From the NCBI RefSeq assembly GCF_013149785.1, contig NZ_JABEZU010000001.1, positions 496,001-560,000 on the forward strand: a DNA stretch of 64,000 nucleotides. The letters are read 5' to 3'. Both the position numbers and the translations under genes were made by a program. Below the pieces are notes generated by a model. It did no database searches and was not told where the DNA came from. It was given only the letters and a program-made list of their open reading frames with translations. Each line of letters begins with the position of its first letter. Positions within the stretch are counted from its first letter, which is position 1. Positions 37,460 through 49,688 of this stretch are shown here, one piece after another. Origin of the DNA: Isoptericola halotolerans (GTDB lineage: Bacteria > Actinomycetota > Actinomycetes > Actinomycetales > Cellulomonadaceae).

Positions 37460-39496
37460 ATGGCAGTCACCGGCACCTGGCCCACGGGCCGCACCCTCGG
37501 CTTCGGCGGTGACTACAACCCCGAGCAGTGGCCCCGCGAGGCGTGGGACGAGGACGTCCGGCTCATGCGCGAGGCGGGCGTCAACTACGTCAGCGTCGGC
37601 ATCTTCTCCTGGGTGCTGCTCGAACCGCGCCAGGGGGAGTACGACTTCACGTGGATGGACGACCTGCTCGACCTGCTCCACTCCCACGGCATCATGGTCG
37701 ACCTCGCCACGCCCACCGCGGCCCCGCCCGCCTGGTTCTACGCCGCCCACCCCGAGGCGCGGGTGGTCACCCGCGACGGGGTCGCCCTCGGCCCCGGTTC
37801 GCGTGGTGCTGCGTCGCCGTCGCACCCGGCCTACCAGGCCGCCGCGCGCAGCATCGCGAGCCGGATCGCCGAGCGCTACGCGGACCATCCCGCCGTCGTC
37901 ATGTGGCACGTCCACAACGAGTACGGCGCACCCGTGGGCGAGGACTTCTCCGAGGCTGCCGTCGCCGCGTGGCGAGCCTGGCTGCAGCAGCGATACGGCA
38001 CCCTCGACGCCCTCAACGAGGCCTGGGGCACCCGCTTCTGGGGCCAGGTCTACGGCGACTGGGAGCACGTCACCGCACCCGGGCCGACCGCGTCGACCGT
38101 CAACCAGGCCCAGAGGCTCGACTACGCACGGTTCACCGACCACCAGCTCCGGGCGCTCTTCGTCGCCGAGCGCGACGCCATCCGTGAGCACTCGGACAAG
38201 CCGGTGACCACGAACTTCATGGCCAACGAGTGCCCCACCACCGACCTGTGGGCGTGGGCGCGAGAGATCGACATCGTCTCCAACGACCACTACCTCACCG
38301 CGGCCGACCCGCGCGGGCACGTCGGCCTCTCGCTCGCCGCGGACCTCACGCGGTCCGTGGCCCGCGGCAAGCCCTGGATCCTCATGGAGCACTCCAGCTC
38401 CGCGGTGAACTGGCAGCCGCGCAACATCGCCAAGCGGCCGGGCGAGATGGCGCGCAACTCCCTCGCGCACGTGGCCCGGGGCGCCGACGTCGTCGGATTC
38501 TTCCAGTGGCGCGCCTCCCGGTACGGGGCCGAGAAGTTCCACTCGGCGATGCTGCCGCACGCCGGGACCACGTCGCGGGTCTGGCGCGAGGTGGTCGGGC
38601 TCGGGCGCGACGTCGCCGCGCTCGCCGAGCTGCAGGGGTCCACGGTGCAGGCCGACGTGGCCCTGCTGTGGGACACGGAGTCGTTCTGGGCGCAGGACCA
38701 GGAGTGGCGCCCGTCCGTCGACCTGCAGCACAAGGAGCGGATGCGCGCCTACTACGAGCGCCTGTGGCGTGACGGGGTGACCGTCGACTTCGCGCACCCG
38801 ACCCAGGACCTCTCGGGGTACCGGCTCGTCGTCGCTCCGGCGTCGTACCTGCTGACCGCCGAGGCCGCCGCCCACCTCACGCGCTACGTGGCCGACGGCG
38901 GCACGCTCGTCGTGTCCTGCTTCTCGGCGGTGGTGGACGCGCACGACGCCGTCCACCCCGGCGGGTACGCCGCGCCGCTGCGCGAGGTGCTCGGTCTGCG
39001 GGTCGAGGAGTTCCTGCCGCTGCGGGACGGCGAGGTGACGACGGTCCGGTGGACCCGGGACGGGGCCACCACGCTGTGCGCCGACGTGTGGGCCGAGGAC
39101 CTGGTGCTCGACACGGCCGAGGTCGTCGCGCACCACGTCGACGGCCCGGCCGCGGGGTCGCCCGCCATCACGCACCACGCTCACGGCGCCGGCCACGCCT
39201 GGTACGTCTCCACCCGGCTCGGCGTCGACGGTCTCGCGCCCGTGATGCGCGCGGCATACGCCGACGCCGGTGTCCTCGCGGCCGACCTGCCCGAGGACGT
39301 CGAGGTCGTGGTGCGGCGTGGTGACGCGGCCGACTACGTCGTGGCGATCAACCACTCGGAGGCCGCGGCCACGATGCCGGACGTCGCGGGCACGGAGCTG
39401 CTCTCCGACACGGCCGTCGGCCCCGACCTCAAGGTTCCCGCCGGCGGCGTCGCCGTCGTCCGGGTCTCCCGCGAGGGTGGAGGTACCTCCCGCTGA
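37460..39496 (+). CDS. GH42 beta-galactosidase
   Basis: GGDYNPEQW, GIFSW, WHVHNEYG, WILMEH, FFQWR, EKFHSAM; RBS AGGAGG. Confidence 0.93.
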   Translation: MAVTGTWPTGRTLGFGGDYNPEQWPREAWDEDVRLMREAGVNYVSVGIFSWVLLEPRQGEYDFTWMDDLLDLLHSHGIMVDLATPTAAPPAWFYAAHPEARVVTRDGVALGPGSRGAASPSHPAYQAAARSIASRIAERYADHPAVVMWHVHNEYGAPVGEDFSEAAVAAWRAWLQQRYGTLDALNEAWGTRFWGQVYGDWEHVTAPGPTASTVNQAQRLDYARFTDHQLRALFVAERDAIREHSDKPVTTNFMANECPTTDLWAWAREIDIVSNDHYLTAADPRGHVGLSLAADLTRSVARGKPWILMEHSSSAVNWQPRNIAKRPGEMARNSLAHVARGADVVGFFQWRASRYGAEKFHSAMLPHAGTTSRVWREVVGLGRDVAALAELQGSTVQADVALLWDTESFWAQDQEWRPSVDLQHKERMRAYYERLWRDGVTVDFAHPTQDLSGYRLVVAPASYLLTAEAAAHLTRYVADGGTLVVSCFSAVVDAHDAVHPGGYAAPLREVLGLRVEEFLPLRDGEVTTVRWTRDGATTLCADVWAEDLVLDTAEVVAHHVDGPAAGSPAITHHAHGAGHAWYVSTRLGVDGLAPVMRAAYADAGVLAADLPEDVEVVVRRGDAADYVVAINHSEAAATMPDVAGTELLSDTAVGPDLKVPAGGVAVVRVSREGGGTSR

Positions 39497-39618
39497 CCCT
39501 CACGGCGTCGGGCCCGTGCCCGTCTCCGCCCCCCACGAAGTCTGAGCGCCGCTCAGCTCGCAACGTCGCGATCACCGTCCTGTCGAAGGCATCGCGGCCC
39601 CGTCCGGAAGGAAGAGTC

Positions 39619-40872
39619 ATGCGCAAGACCACGTTGTCGGTCGCCGCCGTCGCGGCCGTCGCCCTGCTCGCCGCGTGCAGCGGCGGAGACCCCGAGCCCG
39701 CCGAGAACGCCGCCACCGAGGAGGCCGCGGCCGCACCCGAGGCCGCCGGTGAGCTCGTCATCTGGGTCGACGAGAACCGTCAGCCGGCCGTCGCCGCCGC
39801 CGCGGAGGACTTCACCGCCGAGACCGGCGTCGAGGTCGAGCTCGTCGTGAAGAACTTCGAGGACATCCGCGCGGACTTCCTCGCCCAGGTCCCCACCGGC
39901 GAGGGGCCCGACCTCACGGTCGGCGCCCACGACTGGCTGGGTTCCTTCATCGTCAACGGCGTCGTGGACACGGTGGACCTCGGCGGCCAGGAGTCGGCCT
40001 TCGAGGACGTCGCGATCGAGGCGCTGACCTACGACGGCCAGCTCTACGGCCTGCCGTACGCACTGGAGTCGGTGGGGCTCGTGCGCAACACCGAGCTCGC
40101 ACCGGACCCCGTGCCGGCGACCTTCGACGAGATGATCGCCGAGGGCGAGGCGAGCGGGGCCAAGCTGCCCTTCGTCATCAACACCGCCGGTGCTGACGGC
40201 GACGCCTACACGTACTACGCGTTCCAGACGTCCTTCGGTGCGCCGGTGTTCGTCCAGAACGAGGACGGCTCGTACACCAACGAGGTGGGCATGGGCGGCG
40301 ACGGCGGCTACGCGTACGCCGAGTGGCTCGCGGAGCACGGCCAGGCCGGTGACGGCTTGCTGAGCACCGACTGGACCTACGACATCGCCAACCAGGAGTT
40401 CGCCGACGGCAACGCGCCGTACACCGTGGCGGGACCCTGGGCGGTCCCGACGTACACCGAGGCCGGCATCGAGGTGGCCGTGGACCCGATCCCGGCCGCG
40501 GGCGGCGAGACCGCCGCGCCGTTCGTCGGCGTGCAGGGCTTCTACCTGTCGGCACGCAGCGACAACGCGCTGGTCGCCACGAGCTTCCTGACGAACTACA
40601 TCTCCACCCCGGAGGCGATGCAGGCGCTGTACGACGCCGACCCGCGCATCCCCGCGCTCAGCGAGGTGGCGGAAGCCGTCGCCGAGGACCCGGTCGTGGC
40701 AGGCTTCCTCGCCGCCGCCCAGAACGGCGCCCCGATGCCCTCGATCCCCGAGATGGGTGACGTGTGGGACCACTGGAACGCCGCCGAGGCGTCCATCATC
40801 TCCGGCGACGCCGAGCCGGAGGCCGCGTGGGACAAGATGCTCGCCGACCTCGACGCGACGCTGAACGGCTGA
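39619..40872 (+). CDS. Sugar ABC transporter substrate-binding lipoprotein (MalE/GanS-like)
   Basis: Lipobox LAAC; GPDLTVGAHDWLG, PMPSIPEMGDVW. Confidence 0.9.
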   Translation: MRKTTLSVAAVAAVALLAACSGGDPEPAENAATEEAAAAPEAAGELVIWVDENRQPAVAAAAEDFTAETGVEVELVVKNFEDIRADFLAQVPTGEGPDLTVGAHDWLGSFIVNGVVDTVDLGGQESAFEDVAIEALTYDGQLYGLPYALESVGLVRNTELAPDPVPATFDEMIAEGEASGAKLPFVINTAGADGDAYTYYAFQTSFGAPVFVQNEDGSYTNEVGMGGDGGYAYAEWLAEHGQAGDGLLSTDWTYDIANQEFADGNAPYTVAGPWAVPTYTEAGIEVAVDPIPAAGGETAAPFVGVQGFYLSARSDNALVATSFLTNYISTPEAMQALYDADPRIPALSEVAEAVAEDPVVAGFLAAAQNGAPMPSIPEMGDVWDHWNAAEASIISGDAEPEAAWDKMLADLDATLNG

Positions 40873-40884
40873 CCCACCCCTCAC

Positions 40885-40944
40885 GCCGAGCAGGAGGTTG
40901 AGCCCGCTTTCGCGGGACATTGCGGGCTCAGTCTCCTGCTCGGC
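40885..40944 (+). promoter_or_regulatory. Long intercistronic stem-loop between the binding-protein and permease genes
   Basis: 23-bp stem GCCGAGCAGGAGGTTGAGCCCGC / GCGGGCTCAGTCTCCTGCTCGGC with two G-U pairs; 14-nt loop. Confidence 0.7.
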
Positions 40945-40970
40945 ACCGACCGTCGTTGACCGGAGGATCG

Positions 40971-42572
40971 ATGTCGACCGACACCACCGCGGCTCCCCGG
41001 GAGTCGCACGCCCGTGCCTGGGAAGGCTTCGGCTGGGGTTTCGCCGCGAAGCTCGTGCTCATGGCGGCCGTCAACGCCGTCGGCCTCTACGTCGCCTGGT
41101 CCGCGTGGGACGTGGAGCAGTGGGGCGTGCTGGTGGTCTCGCTCGCCCTCGTCGCCGTCGCCGACGTCGTGTACTTCTCCCGCCGCCGGCTGGCCGGCAA
41201 GTACATCTTCCCCGGTCTGGTCTTCCTGCTCGTCTTCCAGGTCTTCACCATGGCGTACACGGTGTACGTCGCGACGACGAACTACGGCACCGGGCACAAC
41301 AGCACCCAGGACCAGGCCGTCGACGCGCTGCTCATCCAGAACGAGCGGCCGGTCGAGGGCGGGGCGACCTACCCGTTGACGATCCTCATCTCCGACGACG
41401 GGCCCGGGTTCGCGGTCGTGGGCGAGTCCGGCGAGGTGCTCGCCGGCACCGCCGAGGAACCGCTCGCCCCGGTGCCCGGCGCCGCGGTCGACGGCGAGCG
41501 CGTCACCGCGGTCCCGGGCTACGACGTCGTCGACCTGCCCACGCTGCTCGCCGACACCGACCTGCAGCAGGACGTGCTCGAGCTGCGGGTGCCCGTCTCC
41601 GAGGACGCCGACGACGGTTCGTTCCGTACGCGCGAGGGCAGCCGGGCGACGGTCTACGCCTCGTCCCTGGCGTGGGACGAGGACGTGCAGACCATGACGG
41701 ACACCACCACGGGGACCGTCTACCGCGCCGACCAGGACACCGGCAACTTCCGCGCGGACGACGGGTCGACGCTGCCCGTGGGCTGGCGGGTCGGCGTCGG
41801 GCTCGACAACTTCACCAAGGCGTTCACGGACACGAACTACTCGGGACCGTTCTGGAAGATCACGGCCTGGACGTTCTCGTTCGCGTTCCTCACGGTCGCC
41901 TCGAGCTTCCTGCTCGGGCTGGCGATCGCCCTGCTCTTCAACGACACCCGCATCCGCGGCCGGGCGGTGATGCGGACCCTGTTCATCCTGCCGTACGCCT
42001 TCCCGGCGTTCCTGTCCGCCCTGCTGTGGCGCGGGATGCTCAACTCGAACCCTGACTACGGGATCATCAACAGCCTGTTCTTCTTCGGGCAGCGGATCGA
42101 GTGGCTCACCGACCCGACGCTCGCGAAGCTCGCGATCCTGGGCGTGAACCTGTGGCTGACGTTCCCGTACTTCTTCCTCGTCTGCACCGGCGCGCTCCAG
42201 TCGTTGCCGACGGACATCGAGGAGGCGGCGCGGATCGACGGGGCGGGTCGCTGGCGGCAGTTCCGCGCGATCACCCTGCCCCTGCTGCTCATCTCGACGA
42301 CGCCGCTGCTCATCGCGAGCTTCGCGTTCAACTTCAACAACTTCGTGATCATCTACATGCTCACCGGCGGGGGGCCACGGTTCACCGACACGTCGGCACC
42401 GCTGGGACACACGGACATCCTCATCACGATGATCTACCAGATCTCCGGCGTCCAGGGCGGCAGCGCCGACTACGGGCTGGCGAGCGCGCTGTCGATCATC
42501 GTCTTCATCGTGGTGGGCGCCGTCTCGGCCGTCGCGTTCCGCCGTACCCGCAAGCACGAGGAGGTCCTGTGA
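40971..42572 (+). CDS. Sugar ABC transporter permease (MalF-like)
   Basis: RBS GGAGG; large extracytoplasmic loop; EEAARIDGA; FAFNFNNF. Confidence 0.92.
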   Translation: MSTDTTAAPRESHARAWEGFGWGFAAKLVLMAAVNAVGLYVAWSAWDVEQWGVLVVSLALVAVADVVYFSRRRLAGKYIFPGLVFLLVFQVFTMAYTVYVATTNYGTGHNSTQDQAVDALLIQNERPVEGGATYPLTILISDDGPGFAVVGESGEVLAGTAEEPLAPVPGAAVDGERVTAVPGYDVVDLPTLLADTDLQQDVLELRVPVSEDADDGSFRTREGSRATVYASSLAWDEDVQTMTDTTTGTVYRADQDTGNFRADDGSTLPVGWRVGVGLDNFTKAFTDTNYSGPFWKITAWTFSFAFLTVASSFLLGLAIALLFNDTRIRGRAVMRTLFILPYAFPAFLSALLWRGMLNSNPDYGIINSLFFFGQRIEWLTDPTLAKLAILGVNLWLTFPYFFLVCTGALQSLPTDIEEAARIDGAGRWRQFRAITLPLLLISTTPLLIASFAFNFNNFVIIYMLTGGGPRFTDTSAPLGHTDILITMIYQISGVQGGSADYGLASALSIIVFIVVGAVSAVAFRRTRKHEEVL

Positions 42573-43450
42573 TGTCCGGATCCGACGCCACTCGCACCTC
42601 TGCCCGCCGTCGGCGCTGGTGGGCGGAGGTCGGCTGGAAGTACCCGCTGGCCGCGCTGGTGATCTTCTACGCCGCGTTCCCGCTGGCCTACGTGCTCTCG
42701 GCCTCGTTGGCGCCGTCGGGCACGCTCACCGGGAGCACGAGCCTGTTCCGCGAGATCTCGGGGCAGAACTTCACCGCGCTCGGCGACACCCGGTTCTGGC
42801 AGTGGGCCGCGAACAGCATGGTGATCGGGGTCAGCGTCGTGGTCGGGGCGGTCCTCATGGGTGCCGCCGCGGCGTACGCGTTCAGCCGGTTCCGGTTCAC
42901 CGGGCGGCGGCTGTCGCTGACCTCCTTGCTGATCGTGCAGATGTTCCCGCAGATGCTCGCGTTCATCGCGATCTTCCTGCTGCTGATCACTCTGGGCAGC
43001 GTGGTGCCGGCCCTCGGGCTGAACTCGAAGATCGCCCTGGTGTGCGTCTATCTCGGCGGCGCGCTGGGGAGCAACACGTTCCTGATGTACGGGTTCTTCA
43101 ACACGATCCCGCGCGAGCTGGACGAGGCGGCGAAGATCGACGGCGCGACGCACGCCCAGACGTACTGGACGATCATCCTGCGCCTGGTCACCCCGATCCT
43201 CGCGGTCGTCGCGCTGCTGACCTTCGTGGCGACGTTCGGGGACTTCATCCTGGCCCGGGTCATCCTGACGTCCGAGCAGAACTGGACGCTCGCCGTGGGC
43301 ATGTACGCGTGGGTCTCGGACCAGCTCAACGCGAACTGGGGGCTGTTCGCCGCGGGCGCCGTGATCGCCAGCCTGCCGATCCTCGCGCTGTTCCTGTTCC
43401 TGCAGAAGTACATCGTGGGGGGCCTGACGGCGGGTTCCGTCAAGGGCTGA
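42572..43450 (+). CDS. Sugar ABC transporter permease (MalG-like)
   Basis: TGATG coupling; AYAFSRFRF, QMFP, DEAAKIDGA, GLTAGSVKG. Confidence 0.92.
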   Translation: MSGSDATRTSARRRRWWAEVGWKYPLAALVIFYAAFPLAYVLSASLAPSGTLTGSTSLFREISGQNFTALGDTRFWQWAANSMVIGVSVVVGAVLMGAAAAYAFSRFRFTGRRLSLTSLLIVQMFPQMLAFIAIFLLLITLGSVVPALGLNSKIALVCVYLGGALGSNTFLMYGFFNTIPRELDEAAKIDGATHAQTYWTIILRLVTPILAVVALLTFVATFGDFILARVILTSEQNWTLAVGMYAWVSDQLNANWGLFAAGAVIASLPILALFLFLQKYIVGGLTAGSVKG

Positions 43451-45796
<2,346 letters not shown>

Positions 45797-45833
45797 CTCG
45801 AGAACCCGTGGGAGGGTGTGGACCACGCGGAGC

Positions 45834-45868
45834 CGGCGGCGGCACTCCTCGGTAGAGTGCCGCCGTCG
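45834..45868 (+). terminator. Hairpin after the GH53 gene, probable terminator
   Basis: CGGCGGCGGCACTC-ctcggta-GAGTGCCGCCGTCG. Confidence 0.6.
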
Positions 45869-45954
45869 TCGTCCGTGTCGTACCGTGACAGGACGCCGCA
45901 CCCAGGGTGCGCCTCAGCGCCGCCGCCCCACCACATGTCGGAAAGCAGGAACGG

Positions 45955-48780
45955 ATGCCACAGGCCCGCAAGCTCGTGATCGTGGAGTCTCCCACCAAGG
46001 CTCGCAAGATCCAGGGCTACCTCGGCGACGAGTACGTCGTCGAGGCGAGCGTCGGCCACATCCGTGACCTGCCGCAGCCCTCGGACCTGCCGGCGGAGAT
46101 GAAGAAGGGCCCCTACAAGAAGTTCGCCGTCGACGTCGACAACGGGTTCGACCCCTACTACGAGGTGTACGCGGACAAGAAGGCCAAGGTCCGCGAGCTG
46201 AAGGCTGCGCTGAAGGAGGCCGACGAGCTCTTCCTCGCCACGGATGAGGACCGCGAGGGCGAGGCGATCGCCTGGCACCTCATCGAGGCGCTGAAGCCCA
46301 AGGTGCCGGTGCACCGCATGGTCTTCCACGAGATCACCCGCGAGGCCATCGCCCGCGCCCTGCAGAACACCCGCGAGCTGGACTCGGACCTCGTCGACGC
46401 CCAGGAGACCCGGCGCATCCTCGACCGGCTCTACGGCTACGAGGTCTCCCCGGTGCTGTGGCGCAAGGTCCGCCAGGGCCTGTCGGCCGGGCGCGTGCAG
46501 TCGGTGGCGACGCGCCTCGTGGTCGAGCGTGAGCGCGACCGCATGGCGTTCGTCACCGCCGACTACTGGGACGTCACGGGATCGTTCGCCCCGCAGGACG
46601 GCGACGACGCCGGACAGCTCTTCCGCGCTCGCCTCACCGGTCTGGGTGGGGATCGCGTCGCCTCGGGCCGTGACTTCGACGACCGCGGGCGCCTCAAGGT
46701 GCGCACCGGCGTCGTGCACCTCGACGAGGCGGAGGCGCACGCCGTCGTCTCCGGGCTCGACGACGCGTCGTTCGCCGTCCGCTCGCTCGAGACCAAGCCG
46801 TACTCGCGCAAGCCGGCCGCCCCGTTCACGACGTCGACGCTGCAGCAGGAGGCGAGCCGCAAGCTGCGCATGGCCTCGCGCCAGACGATGCGCACCGCCC
46901 AGGCGCTGTACGAGAACGGCTACATCACGTACATGCGGACCGACTCGCCGGCGCTGTCGGCCGAGGCGACCGACGCCGCCCGCCGCCAGGCCGCCGAGCT
47001 GTACGGCCCCGAGTACGTGCCCGGTGCACCGCGGCTGTATGCCTCGAAGAACAAGGGCGCCCAGGAGGCGCACGAGGCGATCCGTCCCGCAGGTGACTCC
47101 TTCCGGACGCCGGCGCAGGTCGCCCGCGAGATCTCCGGTGACCAGTTCAAGCTCTACGAGCTCATCTGGAAGCGCACGGTCGCCTCGCAGATGGCCGACG
47201 CCAAGGGGTCGACGGCGTCCGTGCGGCTCGCCGCGACGCTCGGCTCGGGCGCGGGGGAGCGGGCCGGCAACGACGCGGTGTTCTCGGCGTCGGGCACGGT
47301 CATCACGTTCCGCGGCTTCCTCGCGGCGTACGAGGAGTCGCGCGACGTCGAGGACGCGGAGAGCGCCGGCGGCCCGGCGGCCGGCAGCGGCTCCGGTGCG
47401 GCCAAGGAGAACCGGCTGCCGCGCATGGCCGAGGGTGACGCCCTGGCGGGCACGGAGCTGGCGGCCGAGGGTCACTCCACCTCGCCGCCCGCCCGGTACA
47501 CCGAGGCGTCGCTCGTCAAGGCGCTCGAGGAGCTCGGCATCGGCCGTCCCTCGACGTACGCGGCCACGATCTCCACGGTCCAGGACCGCGGCTACGTGCG
47601 GACCAAGGGTCAGGCCCTGGTTCCTACCTGGCTGGCGTTCGCCGTCGTGAAGCTGCTCGAGGAGCACTTCGGCCGTCTCATCGACTACGACTTCACCGCC
47701 GCGATGGAGGCGGATCTCGACGAGATCGCCGCGGGGGAGCGCGAGCGCGTGGCGTGGTTGACCCGCTTCTACTTCGGGGACGGCACCGAGGGTGCCGCAG
47801 CGGCCGGGGGTGCCGGGTCTGACGGTGGTGCCGCCGGGTGGGGCCTGCGCGACCTGGTGGCCGACCTGGGCGAGATCGACCCCGTGGCGATCAACTCGGT
47901 CGAGATCGGTGAGGGGATCCGGGTGCGGGTGGGCCGGTACGGGCCGTACCTCGAGGACCTGCGGGCCGAGCCGGACAAGGAGGGCAAGGCCCCGCGTGCC
48001 TCGGTCCCCGAGGACATCGCACCGGACGAGCTGACCGTGGCCAAGGCACGCGAGCTCCTCGCCGCCGGTGCCGAGGACGGCCGGGTGCTGGGCGTCGACC
48101 CGGGGTCGGGCAACGAGATCGTGGCGAAGAACGGCCGCTACGGTCCGTACGTCACCGAGGTGCTCGACCTGCCGGAGATCGACCCGGACCTGTCGGCCGC
48201 GGCGAAGAAGAAGGCGAAGGCCGCTCAGCCCAAGCCCCGCACGGGCTCGTTGCTGAAGTCGATGGCGCTGGAGTCGGTGACCCTCGAGGACGCGCTGAAG
48301 ATCCTGTCGCTGCCGCGCGTGGTCGGCAAGGACCCGGAGTCCGGTGACGAGATCACCGCGCAGAACGGCCGCTACGGTCCGTACCTGAAGAAGGGCACGG
48401 ACTCGCGCACCATCGCCTCCGAGGAGCAGCTCTTCACCATCACGCTGGACGAGGCGTTGAAGATCTACGCCGAGCCCAAGCGCCGGGGCCGGGCGGCGGC
48501 CGCACCGCCGCTGCGCGAGCTGGGCGACGACCCGACCAGCGGCAAGCCGATCGTCGTCAAGGACGGCCGGTTCGGCGCCTACGTGACCGACGGCGAGACG
48601 AACCGGACGCTGCCGAAGGACCTCACGCCGGAGTCGATCACGCCGGACCGCGCGATCGAGCTGCTGGCGGAGAAGCGGGCGCAGGGACCGAAGAAGCGCA
48701 AGGCGCCCGCGAAGAAGGCTCCTGCCAAGAAGCCGGCCGCGAAGAAGGCACCGGCGAAGAAGTCGACGTCCACGAAGTAG
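45955..48780 (+). CDS. topA: DNA topoisomerase I
   Basis: LVIVESPTKA, GHIRDL, ATDEDREGE, SAGRVQS, YITYMRTDS, GIGRPSTY, repeated GRYGPY, Lys/Ala-rich tail. Confidence 0.98.
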   Translation: MPQARKLVIVESPTKARKIQGYLGDEYVVEASVGHIRDLPQPSDLPAEMKKGPYKKFAVDVDNGFDPYYEVYADKKAKVRELKAALKEADELFLATDEDREGEAIAWHLIEALKPKVPVHRMVFHEITREAIARALQNTRELDSDLVDAQETRRILDRLYGYEVSPVLWRKVRQGLSAGRVQSVATRLVVERERDRMAFVTADYWDVTGSFAPQDGDDAGQLFRARLTGLGGDRVASGRDFDDRGRLKVRTGVVHLDEAEAHAVVSGLDDASFAVRSLETKPYSRKPAAPFTTSTLQQEASRKLRMASRQTMRTAQALYENGYITYMRTDSPALSAEATDAARRQAAELYGPEYVPGAPRLYASKNKGAQEAHEAIRPAGDSFRTPAQVAREISGDQFKLYELIWKRTVASQMADAKGSTASVRLAATLGSGAGERAGNDAVFSASGTVITFRGFLAAYEESRDVEDAESAGGPAAGSGSGAAKENRLPRMAEGDALAGTELAAEGHSTSPPARYTEASLVKALEELGIGRPSTYAATISTVQDRGYVRTKGQALVPTWLAFAVVKLLEEHFGRLIDYDFTAAMEADLDEIAAGERERVAWLTRFYFGDGTEGAAAAGGAGSDGGAAGWGLRDLVADLGEIDPVAINSVEIGEGIRVRVGRYGPYLEDLRAEPDKEGKAPRASVPEDIAPDELTVAKARELLAAGAEDGRVLGVDPGSGNEIVAKNGRYGPYVTEVLDLPEIDPDLSAAAKKKAKAAQPKPRTGSLLKSMALESVTLEDALKILSLPRVVGKDPESGDEITAQNGRYGPYLKKGTDSRTIASEEQLFTITLDEALKIYAEPKRRGRAAAAPPLRELGDDPTSGKPIVVKDGRFGAYVTDGETNRTLPKDLTPESITPDRAIELLAEKRAQGPKKRKAPAKKAPAKKPAAKKAPAKKSTSTK

Positions 48781-48862
48781 CAGCCGGTGCGTGCCGACCT
48801 GCGGGGGACGTCGGTGGATGCCCTCGCGGGCGAGTACGCCACGCTGCTCGGGACGGAAACGG

Positions 48863-49159
48863 TCATCGCTCCTGCTGATCAGGGGGCGGGTCCAGTGGTT
48901 CTGCGCGACGCGGGCTGAGACCCTGCTCGTCGTGCGTGGGCCGCTCGCCCTGGCGCTCGACGACGTACGAGTGCCCGTCCGGTCCCGTGACGCGCTCGAA
49001 GGTCTGGCGGAGCCGTGCCTCGCGTGCCTGGTCCTCTGCGCTCGGAGGGACGGCCGGGCCGCGTCGGATGTTGGCAGGGCCGAAGATCGGCAGGAAGCTC
49101 TCGGTGAACCGCATGCCCCAGGTGCGGTCATCGCCGGGTCGGCGTCTGAACAGTCCCAT
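48863..49159 (-). CDS. Small hypothetical protein
   Basis: RBS AAGGAG; MGLFRRR...FLPIFGPAN...FERVTGPDGHSYVVER; divergent from the MarR gene. Confidence 0.6.
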   Translation of the reverse strand: MGLFRRRPGDDRTWGMRFTESFLPIFGPANIRRGPAVPPSAEDQAREARLRQTFERVTGPDGHSYVVERQGERPTHDEQGLSPRRAEPLDPPPDQQER

Positions 49160-49167
49160 CGTCACTC

Positions 49168-49196
49168 CTTGGTGCGCCAATGATTGGTACACCAAG
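49168..49196. promoter_or_regulatory. MarR/OhrR-type operator (two tandem palindromes)
   Basis: TTGGTGCGCCAA and TTGGTACACCAA, together forming a 29-bp inverted repeat. Confidence 0.65.
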
Positions 49197-49220
49197 TGTA
49201 TCCGGACCTACGCTGTCCCC

Positions 49221-49688
49221 ATGAACCAGCCGCAGGACCCGCTCGCGCTCGAGGCGCAGGTCTGCTTCGCCCTGTCCGCCTCCGCGCGGGCGATGGTCGC
49301 GCTCTACCGGCCGATCCTCGAACCGCTGGGGATCACCCACCCGCAGTACCTCGTGCTCCTCGGGCTCTGGGAGGACGCCGGGGCGGGGCGGACGACGTCG
49401 GTCACCGGTCTGGCCGCCCGCCTCTACCTGGACCCGGGCACGCTGTCGCCGCTGCTCAAGCGGCTCGAGCAGCAAGGGCTCGTCGAGCGGCGGCGTGGCA
49501 CCGCGGACGCCCGGGTCGTCGAGGTGCACCTCACCGAGGCGGGGGCCGCGTTGCGCGAGGAGGCGCTCCAGGTGCCCGGACGCGTGGTCGAGAGCAGCGG
49601 CCTGAGCCTCGACGAGCTGGAGCAGGTCAAGGCCGCCGCGGACGCCGTCGTCGCCGCTGCCCACGGTCCCGCTACCGTGGGCGCATGA
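49221..49688 (+). CDS. MarR family regulator, OhrR-like
   Basis: LEAQVCFAL, YRPILEPLGITHPQYLVL, LDPGTLSPLLKRLE. Confidence 0.9.
   Translation: MNQPQDPLALEAQVCFALSASARAMVALYRPILEPLGITHPQYLVLLGLWEDAGAGRTTSVTGLAARLYLDPGTLSPLLKRLEQQGLVERRRGTADARVVEVHLTEAGAALREEALQVPGRVVESSGLSLDELEQVKAAADAVVAAAHGPATVGA

Noticed and set aside
48690..48780. Lys/Ala repeats at the topA C-terminus as a novelty
   Set aside because: A known feature of actinobacterial TopA
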